A stretch of DNA of 56,949 bases from Candidatus Iainarchaeum sp. (GCA_043803765.1 JAZDJQ010000016.1:1-56949), one strand, 5' to 3'. Counted from the first letter of the stretch, positions 18,076 through 28,438 are shown. Translations and numbers: made by a program. The notes: generated from the letters alone by a model not told the origin.

Positions 18076-18762
18076 TTATTCTAACATACCATTTTTCCTA
18101 AAACTAAATGATTCTCCCCGAGAAAGAATAATATGATCCACTAATTCCACATCCACCCAACCGCATCCTTCCAAAATCTGTTTCGTGAGCAAAATATCTT
18201 GCGGACTGGGTTGAACATCATGAGAAGGATGATTATGCACTATCACCACGCGTGCCGCATTACGAGAAACAACGGCATGAAGAACATCTTTAGGGTCTAC
18301 TACTACTTGGTATCTATTTCCACGAGACAATAATATTGGACTTGCCACACAACGATCACGCAAATCAAGGAGAATAACATAAAACAATTCCCTCTGCTCC
18401 ACTGCCACTTTATCTCGAATCCAAGAAAGCGCATCATCCAATGACTGAGAATGCTGGTCTTTACGCATCATGCGCTTTCCTAGTTCTAGCCCCGCATGAA
18501 GGGTTAATTGCTGCACGGCCCCCAAATTCAACACATTATACGACGGGTGGGAACGACGATATAACTCATCTAATGAACCATCCACTAATGAAAGGGAATC
18601 CATCCCCAACTCCAGAGCGTTCTTCCCCTTTCTCCCAGAACGAAGAAGAATCGCCACCAACTCGGCATCCGAAAGAGAGGCAATCCCCTCTACTTTTGCC
18701 CGCTCCCTCGGACGGGAAGAAAACGGAATATCCATCATCCGCATCCTGGGGAAATTAGACAA
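18076..18762 (-). CDS. radC: RadC (UPF0758) JAB-domain protein
   Basis: RPRER, LSDAELVAILL, HNHPS...PSPQD, LVDHII. Confidence 0.92.
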   Translation of the reverse strand: MSNFPRMRMMDIPFSSRPRERAKVEGIASLSDAELVAILLRSGRKGKNALELGMDSLSLVDGSLDELYRRSHPSYNVLNLGAVQQLTLHAGLELGKRMMRKDQHSQSLDDALSWIRDKVAVEQRELFYVILLDLRDRCVASPILLSRGNRYQVVVDPKDVLHAVVSRNAARVVIVHNHPSHDVQPSPQDILLTKQILEGCGWVDVELVDHIILSRGESFSFRKNGMLE

Positions 18763-18831
18763 CGCATTAAAAAAACCAGCGAAAATTTCCTAGTATGCGT
18801 ATTAAATAGGACGACTCGCTCAACGAAGAAA

Positions 18832-19590
18832 ATGAAACCCGTTTCTTCACCCAAACCATGCTTGAGGGTCCGCGCCTATTTTGATTTCATGGACCCCTGG
18901 TCGTATCTCGCACGAGTACGATTCGTAAAAGCGATACACGCCAAAAAAATTCCAACCGAAATTGAATGGGTGCCCTACCAACTCTATCGTGGAAACATTG
19001 ACCATTTCGTTGAACGCAAAACAATCTATGGACATGAAACACTACAAAAAGTGTATGCGGACCTGCACCACTTAGGAGTAAAAGAAAACATCATCATACG
19101 ACACCCACGCTATGAATCCAGTTCACTACGCGCCCTCACCGGATATTTCTATGCCATGCAAAGAGGAAAAGGAGATGCCTACATGGATTTGCTCTATGAA
19201 CAAGTGTTTGAACAAGTAAACGATATTTCCTCTCTCGCATTGTTATCGCGCATCGCAATCAAATTAGGATTCAACGTGCAGGAATTCATCGCATTCATTG
19301 AACACTCATCCCACCAAAACAGAGTGCATCATCTCACCCAAGACGCACAAGAAAAAGGAATAGCCGGCCTACCCACTTACATCGTCAATGGAATACCCGT
19401 TGTAGGAGCCCTCACCACACCTGAATGGAAAGAATGGTTAGACCAATTTACTCAACATTCCACCCCCCTATCAAAAGCCATCCCCCTTGCCCAACAAAAG
19501 AAAAAAAAGACGAAAAGCAAGCCATCATCCAATCAAAAGAGAAAACGAGGAAAAAGAAAAAAGGGCATTTCTCTTCCCCGAAAACGTTGA
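18832..19590 (+). CDS. DsbA/FrnE-family thioredoxin-fold protein
   Basis: YFDFMDPWSY, GIAGLPTYIVNG. Confidence 0.8.
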   Translation: MKPVSSPKPCLRVRAYFDFMDPWSYLARVRFVKAIHAKKIPTEIEWVPYQLYRGNIDHFVERKTIYGHETLQKVYADLHHLGVKENIIIRHPRYESSSLRALTGYFYAMQRGKGDAYMDLLYEQVFEQVNDISSLALLSRIAIKLGFNVQEFIAFIEHSSHQNRVHHLTQDAQEKGIAGLPTYIVNGIPVVGALTTPEWKEWLDQFTQHSTPLSKAIPLAQQKKKKTKSKPSSNQKRKRGKRKKGISLPRKR

Positions 19591-19622
19591 ATGGTTTATA
19601 ATGAGACCCCTGCACCATTCTA

Positions 19623-20780
19623 TTGATGACTGCCACTCCTAAGGAAGGGAAAAAAAAGGAAAAAGGGAAAGAACTATTCCACGGAATGAACCTTTCTCCT
19701 TCCATTCTCAATGGACTGCACGAAATGGGATTTGAACAACCCACCCCCATCCAAAAAGTTGCGATTCCACTCATCATGGAAGGAAAAGATTTGCTCGGAC
19801 AAGCCAAAACAGGAACAGGAAAAACAGCCGCATTCGGCATTCCACTATTATCACGACCTATTCAAAAAAAAGGAGGAATAATAGGCCTCGTTCTTGTTCC
19901 AACACGCGAACTAGCATTACAAGTACGAGACGAAATAGAAAATATTGGAAAACACACTCCGCACAAGGTTGTTGCAGTATTCGGAGGAGCCAGCATGCAA
20001 CAACAAGCAGACGGATTAGCACGCAACCCCAGCATCATAGTAGGAACACCTGGCAGAATGCAAGATTTCATGCGACAAGGAAAACTAGTATTAAACCAAC
20101 TTCAAACAGTTGTATTAGACGAAGCAGACAAAATGCTGGACATGGGATTCAAAGAAGACATTGAACGAATACTCGGACAAACACCCCCAGAAAGACAAAC
20201 ATTATTATTTTCCGCTACGATGCCAACCGGAATACGACACCTAGCAAAAAAATACATGAAAAACCCAATCGAACTAAACCTAAGCGAAGATACTCTGACA
20301 GTAGAAGGAATCACTCAATATTATCTAAACGTGGATCCAAAACAACGCATCACCATGTTATTAGGATTAATCAAACACTTCAATATTACTAAAGGACTTG
20401 TTTTCTGCTCCACCAAACGAACCGTAGACTGGCTGGAAACCCAACTATCCAAACGACACATACCCGTAGCCAAAATCCATGGAGACATGCCCCAAAACAA
20501 GAGACAATATTTCCTACACGCATTCGAAGAAGGAAAATACACCCTCCTGCTCGCAACCAACGTAGCCGCACGAGGAATCCACATCGAAGATATTACCCAC
20601 GTAATCAATTTCGACTTTCCAGAGGAATACGAAACATACGTTCACCGAGTCGGACGCACAGCAAGACAAGGAAAAAAAGGAGTTGCTATCACATTCGTAA
20701 CCAACATGTCCGATGTTCAACGAATAAAAGAGTTAGAAATACTCATGAACGCCAAAGTGCATGAACTGAAAGCAAAATAA
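19623..20780 (+). CDS. DEAD-box RNA helicase
   Basis: Q motif, AKTGTGKT, PTRELA, DEAD, SAT, ARGI, HRVGRTAR. Confidence 0.96.
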   Translation: MMTATPKEGKKKEKGKELFHGMNLSPSILNGLHEMGFEQPTPIQKVAIPLIMEGKDLLGQAKTGTGKTAAFGIPLLSRPIQKKGGIIGLVLVPTRELALQVRDEIENIGKHTPHKVVAVFGGASMQQQADGLARNPSIIVGTPGRMQDFMRQGKLVLNQLQTVVLDEADKMLDMGFKEDIERILGQTPPERQTLLFSATMPTGIRHLAKKYMKNPIELNLSEDTLTVEGITQYYLNVDPKQRITMLLGLIKHFNITKGLVFCSTKRTVDWLETQLSKRHIPVAKIHGDMPQNKRQYFLHAFEEGKYTLLLATNVAARGIHIEDITHVINFDFPEEYETYVHRVGRTARQGKKGVAITFVTNMSDVQRIKELEILMNAKVHELKAK

Positions 20781-20873
20781 CTCTCCAGTTCGGGAAATTT
20801 TTTGTGAAAAGTGTTTTCAGATATTATTATGATTTATAGTGGTGTATCTTTTCAACCCGTTTGGGTTCGTTTT

Positions 20874-22229
20874 CTATTTTGTTTCGAGTATTTCTTTGAG
20901 TTTTCGGTCAAATTGGGCGCTTTTATAGTAAATGAACTTTTTCCCTGTTAATTTCTTTTCCAAAAACCCTTTTTCGGTCAAATGGTCCAAATCTGTTCGC
21001 GCGGTTTGGTAAACAACGTTGTGTGTGTTTTGTATTTCTTGAATCGTGAATATTTTGTCGGGGTGCTTGATAATTTCCTTGAGCAGGAGCGACTGTCGAA
21101 GGTTGATGTTAGGTACTTTCTGGATGATTCTAGTTGCTTCTCGGATTTCCTTTTGCTTTTGATTGATATATGATTTCAGCTCGATCATGGCGCGATGAGT
21201 GGAGTCCAAGTTGAAGTTTAGAAAATAGTTAAGATCCATCTCGTCTGTTTCCGTGTAAAGATATGCTTTTTGATATTGGGAAGGAGCCTGTTTGAGTATT
21301 CTAGAAATGGATGTGAACTGGAATAACCAATAATCGTTTTTGAGGCAATACCAATAGAATAGTGCGCGCGCCGTTCGTCCATTCCCATCTACGAAAGGGT
21401 GGACGTATCCAATGAGAAAATGCAAAATAATTGCTTTAATTAATGGGTGGATATACGGGTCGTCTTTTCGATTGGCGAACGTGCAAATGTCTTGAACAGC
21501 CTTTGGGACAATCGCGGCTAATGGTGGCGTGTACATTACTTCTTGGGTTGCTTGATCTAATACCACAATGTCGTCTGTTATTCGGAATGCTCCCTCAAAC
21601 TCTTTTCCTTCAAGTGTATCATTTGTAACCATTTTGTGAATTTTTTGGATAAATTCAGGGGTAAGAAGATGATTTTTGTCTTTTACACTATCTACGATGA
21701 ACTTGATAGAGTGATAATTATTGGTAATCATTTTTTCAGACTCATTTCGCGGCTTTCTTCCCGTTCGGAGCATTTCCTTGGCGACTTTTCGTGTAGTTGC
21801 AGCTCCTTCAAGTTGGCTTGAAGCAATTGCCTCTTCCATGAGTGAGTTAATGAGGTAGTAATCTTTGTTTTCCCCTTGAAGCCCAGTTAGTGAAGTATTT
21901 GACTCAACAGTCATGCTGGCATGGGTATCAATCTCGTGCAGTCGTTCAATGATTTGTCCTGTTAGCTGGTATTTGAGGCGTGTGCGGGCTAGGAATGGTA
22001 ATAAAATTTCTTGGTAGTTGGTATTTCGGAACAGTTTGATGATCGCCCAAACTATTTCATGTTTGAACCCTTTCGGCAGTTCCATATGAAATAGCTGATC
22101 CCAATGGAAATACTCATCATTCGCCTGCTTGAGCAAGGCTTGGGCCTCTGGGCTGCGGGTTGTTTCGAGTACCTGAGAATTTTTTCCCAAGACTTCTCTC
22201 CAATTCGGGGGTTTTAGGGGGGTTTTCAT
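20874..22229 (-). CDS. Fic family protein with C-terminal winged HTH
   Basis: HPFVDGNGRTAR; SSQLEG; YQTARTDLDHL. Confidence 0.92.
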   Translation of the reverse strand: MKTPLKPPNWREVLGKNSQVLETTRSPEAQALLKQANDEYFHWDQLFHMELPKGFKHEIVWAIIKLFRNTNYQEILLPFLARTRLKYQLTGQIIERLHEIDTHASMTVESNTSLTGLQGENKDYYLINSLMEEAIASSQLEGAATTRKVAKEMLRTGRKPRNESEKMITNNYHSIKFIVDSVKDKNHLLTPEFIQKIHKMVTNDTLEGKEFEGAFRITDDIVVLDQATQEVMYTPPLAAIVPKAVQDICTFANRKDDPYIHPLIKAIILHFLIGYVHPFVDGNGRTARALFYWYCLKNDYWLFQFTSISRILKQAPSQYQKAYLYTETDEMDLNYFLNFNLDSTHRAMIELKSYINQKQKEIREATRIIQKVPNINLRQSLLLKEIIKHPDKIFTIQEIQNTHNVVYQTARTDLDHLTEKGFLEKKLTGKKFIYYKSAQFDRKLKEILETK

Positions 22230-22234
22230 ATAAG

Positions 22235-22340
22235 AACCTACTAATTTAGTAGGAATTAGTAGATATTAGTAGTGGTCCAAACTATTTAAAGCTATACGCA
22301 AAACCTACTAATTTAGTAGGAATTAGTAGATATTAGTAGT
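22235..22340. repeat. Two perfect 39-bp direct repeats, each with an internal palindrome, flanking the fic TATA box
   Basis: AACCTACTAATTTAGTAGGAATTAGTAGATATTAGTAGT at 22235-22273 and 22302-22340; 28-nt spacer contains TATTTAAA. Confidence 0.9.
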
Positions 22341-22531
22341 TGGGCAAAATGAGGTGGAAATACCTTCTGGTGGAGGCGCTTATACTATTCTAGCAAACTG
22401 CCAATCAATTTTTCCATACAGGATTCCATTAGTTGGTTAATCGAATTAGTAATAGGATCTAGATTATGGCGGACCATCCAATGTAGAGGCGAGATGCTCA
22501 TTTATATCCTTTTTCAAGACCCATTCTGCGT

Positions 22532-23803
22532 ATGACAAACGAAAACATGTCTCCCGCTACTCCATTCACCAAAACATATGATGTAATCATAGTGGGAGGG
22601 GGGCCTGGAGGTAGTTCATCCGCATTATTCCTCCAAAAAAAAGGATACAACGTTCTGCTGCTGGAAAAGGCAAAGTATCCCCGCGACAAAATATGCGGAG
22701 ACGCCGTTTCAGGAAAAAGCGTTGGAATGCTAAAAGAATTAGGCATCGAACACGAAATGGAAAAAATGGACAACGCCAAAGTATTCGGACTTGTGTTTTC
22801 TTCTCCAGAGGGAAAAATGCTCGAAATCCCTTTTCCGGTAAAAGATGAAGAAGGAAAAGCAAAAGCACGAGGATACGTATGCCGACGCATCGTATTCGAC
22901 AACTTTCTCTTTTCGCATGTTAAACAAAAAGTGGAAGCACGGGAAGAATTCCAAGTAACCGACTTAGTGTGGAATGAAACGCATGATACGGTTATTGGAG
23001 TAAAAGGAATCGATACTACAACTAAAAAAGAAGAAGAATTCCGTGCCAAATTTGTGATTGGAGCAGATGGCGCCGCCGGTATTGTAGCAAACAAAGTAAA
23101 TGCAGAAAAAATACCCGATGATCATGTATGCGTGGCCACCCGGGTGTATTACCAAAACATCTCCGGAATGACCCCCAACATCGAGATCCATTTCATTGAT
23201 TCCGTAATGCCCGGATACTTCTGGATTTTTCCACTTGAAAACGGAAAAGCAAACGTTGGATTGGGAATGATAAGCAAAGACCGACAAGCAAAAGGAATCA
23301 ACCTTGTAGAAGAAACCGAACGCGTGATTAGGGAACATCCCTTATTCCAAGAACGATTCAAGAATGCAACCAAACTAACCGATGTAAAAGGATGGACACT
23401 TCCATTCGGATCATTCAGGAGAACACTACACGGAAAAGGATGGCTACTTGTGGGAGATGCCGCATCATTAGTAGACCCATTCTCAGGAGAAGGAATAGGA
23501 AACGCCATGACCAGCGGAAAATATGCTGCGGAGGCCATTGACCGAGCAATCAAAGCGAACGACTTTTCTCCTGAATTCATGAAATGGTACGATACTGAAT
23601 TATGGAAAGAAATAGGACCGGAACTCAAAACGAGTTACAACCTCCAAAAAATGGGACGACACAAATGGCTGCTCAATTTAGTCATTGGAAAAGCCGCGAA
23701 GAGCAAAGAAGTACGGGACACCATTTCAGGAATGCTCGTGAATGAAAACGCACGGAAAAGCTTTATCTCTCCCATGTTTTACATCAAACTGCTGCTGGCA
23801 TAA
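22532..23803 (+). CDS. Geranylgeranyl reductase family FAD oxidoreductase
   Basis: GGGPGG, PRDKICGD, GADG, PGYFWIFP, GDAA...DPFSGEGI. Confidence 0.9.
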   Translation: MTNENMSPATPFTKTYDVIIVGGGPGGSSSALFLQKKGYNVLLLEKAKYPRDKICGDAVSGKSVGMLKELGIEHEMEKMDNAKVFGLVFSSPEGKMLEIPFPVKDEEGKAKARGYVCRRIVFDNFLFSHVKQKVEAREEFQVTDLVWNETHDTVIGVKGIDTTTKKEEEFRAKFVIGADGAAGIVANKVNAEKIPDDHVCVATRVYYQNISGMTPNIEIHFIDSVMPGYFWIFPLENGKANVGLGMISKDRQAKGINLVEETERVIREHPLFQERFKNATKLTDVKGWTLPFGSFRRTLHGKGWLLVGDAASLVDPFSGEGIGNAMTSGKYAAEAIDRAIKANDFSPEFMKWYDTELWKEIGPELKTSYNLQKMGRHKWLLNLVIGKAAKSKEVRDTISGMLVNENARKSFISPMFYIKLLLA

Positions 23804-23885
23804 TCCTGCATACTTTTTCTTTTTTCTATGAGGATTCGACCCACGCACCAAGCGGGCTTTTAATTCCTGCCCATTTCTTTCTATT

Positions 23886-24620
23886 ATGGGAGCAGAAAAA
23901 AGAGACGATAAAATACACATTTCAGTAGTGGTTCCCACGCTGAACGAAGAGAAAAACGTACCCGGATTTATTTCCGCGTTACGCGCCCAACAATTCAATG
24001 GAACATATGAGATCATCGTCGCAGACGGTTATTCAGATGACAAGACCGTAGAATTAGCAAAAAAACTTGCCGACGTAGTCGTATTAGAGAAACGGCGGAC
24101 CATCGCATGCGAACGCCAAGCAGGGGCAGAAATAGCAAAAGGAAAAATCATCGCATTCATGGATTCGGATGCGCGACCGCCAAAGAGTTGGCTCCAGAAG
24201 ATATGGGACACATTCGAAAAGAATCCAAGCGTATCCATGATATACGGGCCCGTGTTTTACTCCGATGCATCGGAACAGGAACAATATCTTTCTACACTCC
24301 TCATGCCCAAATTCCTCCGAGTCATGAGTCTGATAGGAATGCACAACCCAATCGGGAGCAACATTGCCATCCGACGGGAAGTATTCAACGAAATAGGTGG
24401 ATTCGATACTCAATACATTACCTGCGAGGATCTAGATTTAGGAAAGCGAGCCAAAAAACGCGGATCACTCCACTATGAAAAATATCTTCACCAGTTCGTT
24501 TCAGCACGACGAGTAAGAAAGTGGGGATACCTACGATATATTGGTTTTCATCTATACAACGGAGTAAGATACCACTTGACAGGAAAAGCAAGCAAAAAAT
24601 ACGAGGACGTACGGGAGTAG
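23886..24620 (+). CDS. GT2 glycosyltransferase
   Basis: VVPTLNEE, DGYSDD, FMDSD, GGFD, EDLD. Confidence 0.9.
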   Translation: MGAEKRDDKIHISVVVPTLNEEKNVPGFISALRAQQFNGTYEIIVADGYSDDKTVELAKKLADVVVLEKRRTIACERQAGAEIAKGKIIAFMDSDARPPKSWLQKIWDTFEKNPSVSMIYGPVFYSDASEQEQYLSTLLMPKFLRVMSLIGMHNPIGSNIAIRREVFNEIGGFDTQYITCEDLDLGKRAKKRGSLHYEKYLHQFVSARRVRKWGYLRYIGFHLYNGVRYHLTGKASKKYEDVRE

Positions 24621-24650
24621 TCCTATTAACTCACAAAGAGAACACCCGCC

Positions 24651-25808
24651 ATGCGCATCGCCATTTTCACTGATTCTTTCTGGCCCCAAATCAACGGGGT
24701 AACCATCAGCATATGGAACATGTGCACCGAGCTGGGCAAGCAGGGACACGAGTTTCTTATTTTTGCACCCAAACAGAAAAACGACCACGTGATGCTTCCA
24801 CCGCACAAGGGAAAAATAACCATACGATGGTTGCCTGCAAAACCCCTTCCAACGTATCCGGATTATCTTATTGCGTATTCTTTTTCTCAAGAGGATAAAC
24901 AAGCAATGCAGAATTTTCACCCAGACGTGATTCACGTCCATACTCCTTTTTACGTGGCAAAAAAAGGAATCGAATGGGGAAAAAAACACAACATTCCCGT
25001 AATTGGAACATTCCACACGCTTATCTCAGAATTCCTAGATTACGTTCCTATTCCCGGATTAAAAAAAGCAAAAATAGCACAAAAAATAACATGGGCCTAC
25101 ACTCGGCACTTTTACAAAGACTGCAATATGATTACAACCCCCACACAAGTATTAGTGGACGAGCTGCAAGAACACGGTTTCAAAAACGTGCAAGTGTTGA
25201 GCAATGGAATTGATTATGACGCGTTTTCAAAAGCAAAAGGAAAAAAACCAAAAGGAAAAACATCAATCGCCTATTGGGGGCGCATCTCATTCGAAAAAAG
25301 ACTGGATGTGGCGATTGATGCATTATCCATCGTGCGGAAAACCCATCCTAATGTTGAACTCACTCTTATCGGATATGGTCCTGCTGAAACCGCACTCAAT
25401 AAACAAGCCCACTCATTAGGATTAGAAAAATACGTACACTTTCCAGGAGCAAAAAAAGGAAGCGAAGTAGCAAAAGAAGTAGCCAAGCATCATTTGCTTG
25501 TTGCCCCATCCCCGATGGAAACATACGGAATGTACGTATTGGAAGCAATGGCTGCCGGAATGGGAATCGTAGGATGCAATGCACGCGCTATTCCTGTTGC
25601 ACTTGGAAAAAATGAACGAGGATTATTATTCGAAAATGGAAATGCAACAGATTGCGCGGAAAAAATAATTCGGTTGATTGATCATCCATCATTGGAAAAG
25701 AAACTCTCCACGAATGCCAAAAAATGGGCACGTGCCTATTCCAGAAAAAACATTGCAAAGAAATGGATTGAATTGTACACGTCCATCATACGAAAAACAC
25801 AGCCTTAA
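24651..25808 (+). CDS. GT4 glycosyltransferase
   Basis: MRIAIFTDSFWPQINGV, HVHTPF, GRISFEK, ETYGMYVLEAMA. Confidence 0.92.
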   Translation: MRIAIFTDSFWPQINGVTISIWNMCTELGKQGHEFLIFAPKQKNDHVMLPPHKGKITIRWLPAKPLPTYPDYLIAYSFSQEDKQAMQNFHPDVIHVHTPFYVAKKGIEWGKKHNIPVIGTFHTLISEFLDYVPIPGLKKAKIAQKITWAYTRHFYKDCNMITTPTQVLVDELQEHGFKNVQVLSNGIDYDAFSKAKGKKPKGKTSIAYWGRISFEKRLDVAIDALSIVRKTHPNVELTLIGYGPAETALNKQAHSLGLEKYVHFPGAKKGSEVAKEVAKHHLLVAPSPMETYGMYVLEAMAAGMGIVGCNARAIPVALGKNERGLLFENGNATDCAEKIIRLIDHPSLEKKLSTNAKKWARAYSRKNIAKKWIELYTSIIRKTQP

Positions 25809-25833
25809 ATTCTCTCACTAATTGCTCGCATAC

Positions 25834-27545
25834 ATGCATACTATTACGCATGATATTCTCATTATTGGAGGAGGTTTAGCCGGACAACGCGCAGCCATTG
25901 AAGCAAGAAACATGGGAATGAACGTGGGAATCGTTTCAAAAGTCCACCCGGTACGCAGTCCCAGTGTGGCAGCTACTGGAGGAATCAATGCCGCACTAGG
26001 AGAGAAAGATAATTGGAAAGACCACTTTCACGACACGGTATACGGAAGTGACTTCCTAGGAGATCAGGATGCGATACGCATTCTATGCAAGGATGCTCCT
26101 ACCCGAGTAAAAGAACTCGAATCATGGGGCGTCGTTTTTTCCCACACAAAAAAGGAACGATTGCCCAGCGATTATCCGGGGGACAAAAAATTTCCCGCAC
26201 CTGCTATGCAGTAGAAGGAACAGGACACATGCTTTTGCATACGCTGTATGACCAGCTCATGAAAACAAAGACTACTATTTATCCAGAACATTACTGCCTC
26301 TCTCTCCTACTTGATACGGAAGGATGCCACGGTGCAGTCCTATGGGACATTGTGCACGGAAAAATAATCACCGCACGAGCAAAAGCAACATTGCTCGCAA
26401 CAGGAGGATGCGGAAAGATATTCGCTACTACGAGTAATGCACGCACTAGTACTGGAGATGGACTTGCCCTCGCCTATCATGCGGGGATTCCTCTGGAAGA
26501 CATGGAAATGATCCAATTCCACCCCACTGGAATGTATGGAAAAGGATTCATTGTGAGTGAAGCATCACGAGGAGAAGGAGCATTTTTGCTCAATGCCAAC
26601 GGGGAACGATTTATGAAAAAATACGCTCCACAGAAAATGGAACTTGCCCCTTTTGACGTAGCAGCGCGAGGGATTGCAATGGAAATACTCCAAGGGAAAG
26701 GAGCAGGCTCCAAAAAAGACCACGTGTTTATTGACATGCGACCATTAGGAAAAGAAAAAATAACGGAACGCGTTCCAGAAATACACCAAACCGTGCGCGA
26801 ACAATTAGGGATAGACTGTACAAAAGACCTTATTCCTATTACCCCAACCGCTCATTACAGTATGGGGGGCATCCCCACCGATACCCAAACACGCGTAACC
26901 ATGAATGAACATGCTTCTCCAGTAAAAGGACTATACGCCGCAGGAGAAGTGGCCTGCCTATCGGTGCATGGTGCAAATCGCCTGGGAGGAAATTCCCTGC
27001 TAGAAACCCAAGTATTCGGCCGCATCGCAGGAATCGAAATGAGCGAATACGCCCGACAAAAAAAGACACAAACAAAAATAGACGAAACACGATTCATCGA
27101 ACAAGCCATGAAACGAATTGAAATGCTTCTCCAAAACAGCAAAGGAAGCAAATCCAATGCCATTCAAGAAAAACTACAAGAAACCATGATGAAAGACTGC
27201 GGAATATTCCGAAACAAGGAAGGGTTGCAGCGAGGGATACGCATACGTTCCCAATTAGCAAAAGATGCCGCAACGATCCATGTTGAAGACAAAGGAATGG
27301 AATTCAACACCGACTTGATTAATGCTATCGAAACACAAAACATGGTGACTTTCTCCCAAGCTATCCTGGAAAGCGCACTCGCACGAAGAGAAAGCAGAGG
27401 AAGCCACTACCGAACCGATTATCCCACACGAAACGATGAAGGGTGGATGAAACATATCCTTTGCGTGCAAAAAGGAGAAAAACCAATGATTTCATACAAA
27501 AAGGTGGTGATAGCAGGATATGCCCCCGAAAAACGCCACTACTAG
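25834..27545 (+). CDS. sdhA: SdhA/FrdA-like flavoprotein split by a -1 frameshift at 26148-26154 (recoding, pseudogene or assembly error)
   Basis: ORF1 has GGGLAG and GGINAA; ORF2 has QFHPT, RGEG, HYSMGG, HGANRLGGNSL, ESRGSHYR; frames join at ACA AAA AAG. Confidence 0.8.
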
Positions 27546-28341
27546 AAGCAAAAAAAACAAGCAAAAGAAAAAGAATGCCCTTTCACAAGAAGAAAGAAAC
27601 ACTCCTCATTCTCAAAAAAAAGTTGTCTTACCCGTTTCCCCATTACATGTAAGAATTTATCGATTCAATCCCCACCTCGATTTCTCCCCACGAACACACG
27701 AATACAAACTAGTAGAAAAAGAAGGAGAAAGCATACTCGATTTACTTACACGCATTAAACACACGCAAGACGGAAGCCTAACCTACCGAGGAAACTGCGG
27801 AAATGGAAAATGCGGAGCATGCGGAATAAAAGTAAATGGAAAAGAAGTATTAGGATGCCTAACCAAAGTGAAAGATGTCATCGATACACACAACGGACTG
27901 CGCATCGACCCACTGCATGAAAAAGTATTGAAAGACTTGGCAGTGGATGAAACCAGTTTTTTCAATGAATTAATGAGTGTTAAACCCTGGATGGTACTCC
28001 GGCCGAATGATGCTAAACGAAAAAATAGAATAGGGAAAAAAGAAGTGGACGCTTTGGACAAAACAGCATTCTGCAACTTGTGCGGAATATGCACGGCAGC
28101 TACCGGAACATCGTTCAATGGAAAACTAGGCCCCGCATCCATAGTGAAAGCGTATCGCTACATTCACGATTCTCGAGATGGAGATGTTGAAAGAATCAAC
28201 CAATTAACAGAAGCATTTCCCGTATCGTATTCTATTAGTCTAGCGGACACGTGCCCGCGCGATATCCATCCTGGAAAAAAAACCCAATTACTGGAAAAAG
28301 AAACAAAACGCATGATGGAAAGAAAGAAACTTTCACCGTAA
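27520..28341 (+). CDS. sdhB: SdhB/FrdB-like Fe-S subunit, degenerate
   Basis: IYRFNP, CGNGKCGAC 2Fe-2S motif, LKDLAVD, CNLCGIC; later cluster Cys residues missing. Confidence 0.8.
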   Translation: MPPKNATTRSKKNKQKKKNALSQEERNTPHSQKKVVLPVSPLHVRIYRFNPHLDFSPRTHEYKLVEKEGESILDLLTRIKHTQDGSLTYRGNCGNGKCGACGIKVNGKEVLGCLTKVKDVIDTHNGLRIDPLHEKVLKDLAVDETSFFNELMSVKPWMVLRPNDAKRKNRIGKKEVDALDKTAFCNLCGICTAATGTSFNGKLGPASIVKAYRYIHDSRDGDVERINQLTEAFPVSYSISLADTCPRDIHPGKKTQLLEKETKRMMERKKLSP

Positions 28342-28343
28342 AA

Positions 28344-28438
28344 TATAGCAAAAAGCACAAGTATTTGAACAGTTAACTGGCTTTTTGCATATAACAAACC
28401 GTCCGAAAAAAGTTCAAAAATCAAAACGGTTTGCTATA
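28344..28438. repeat. Inverted doublet (A+B) of TATAG-ended palindromic element, MITE/BIME-like
   Basis: About 90% identical by hand alignment to 50531-50626. Confidence 0.88.

Noticed and set aside
20834-20850. TATAGTGG resembling a MITE end
   Set aside because: No matching inverted end nearby
22235-22340. CRISPR mini-array
   Set aside because: Only two repeats, the spacer is the fic promoter, and there are no cas genes
23826-23860. tRNA T-arm-like fragment on the minus strand (GTGGGTCGAATCCTC)
   Set aside because: T-loop is imperfect and the remaining arms are absent
28344-28438. Integron attC sites
   Set aside because: Lacks RYYYAAC/GTTRRRY ends, is not placed after successive cassette genes, and no integrase is present
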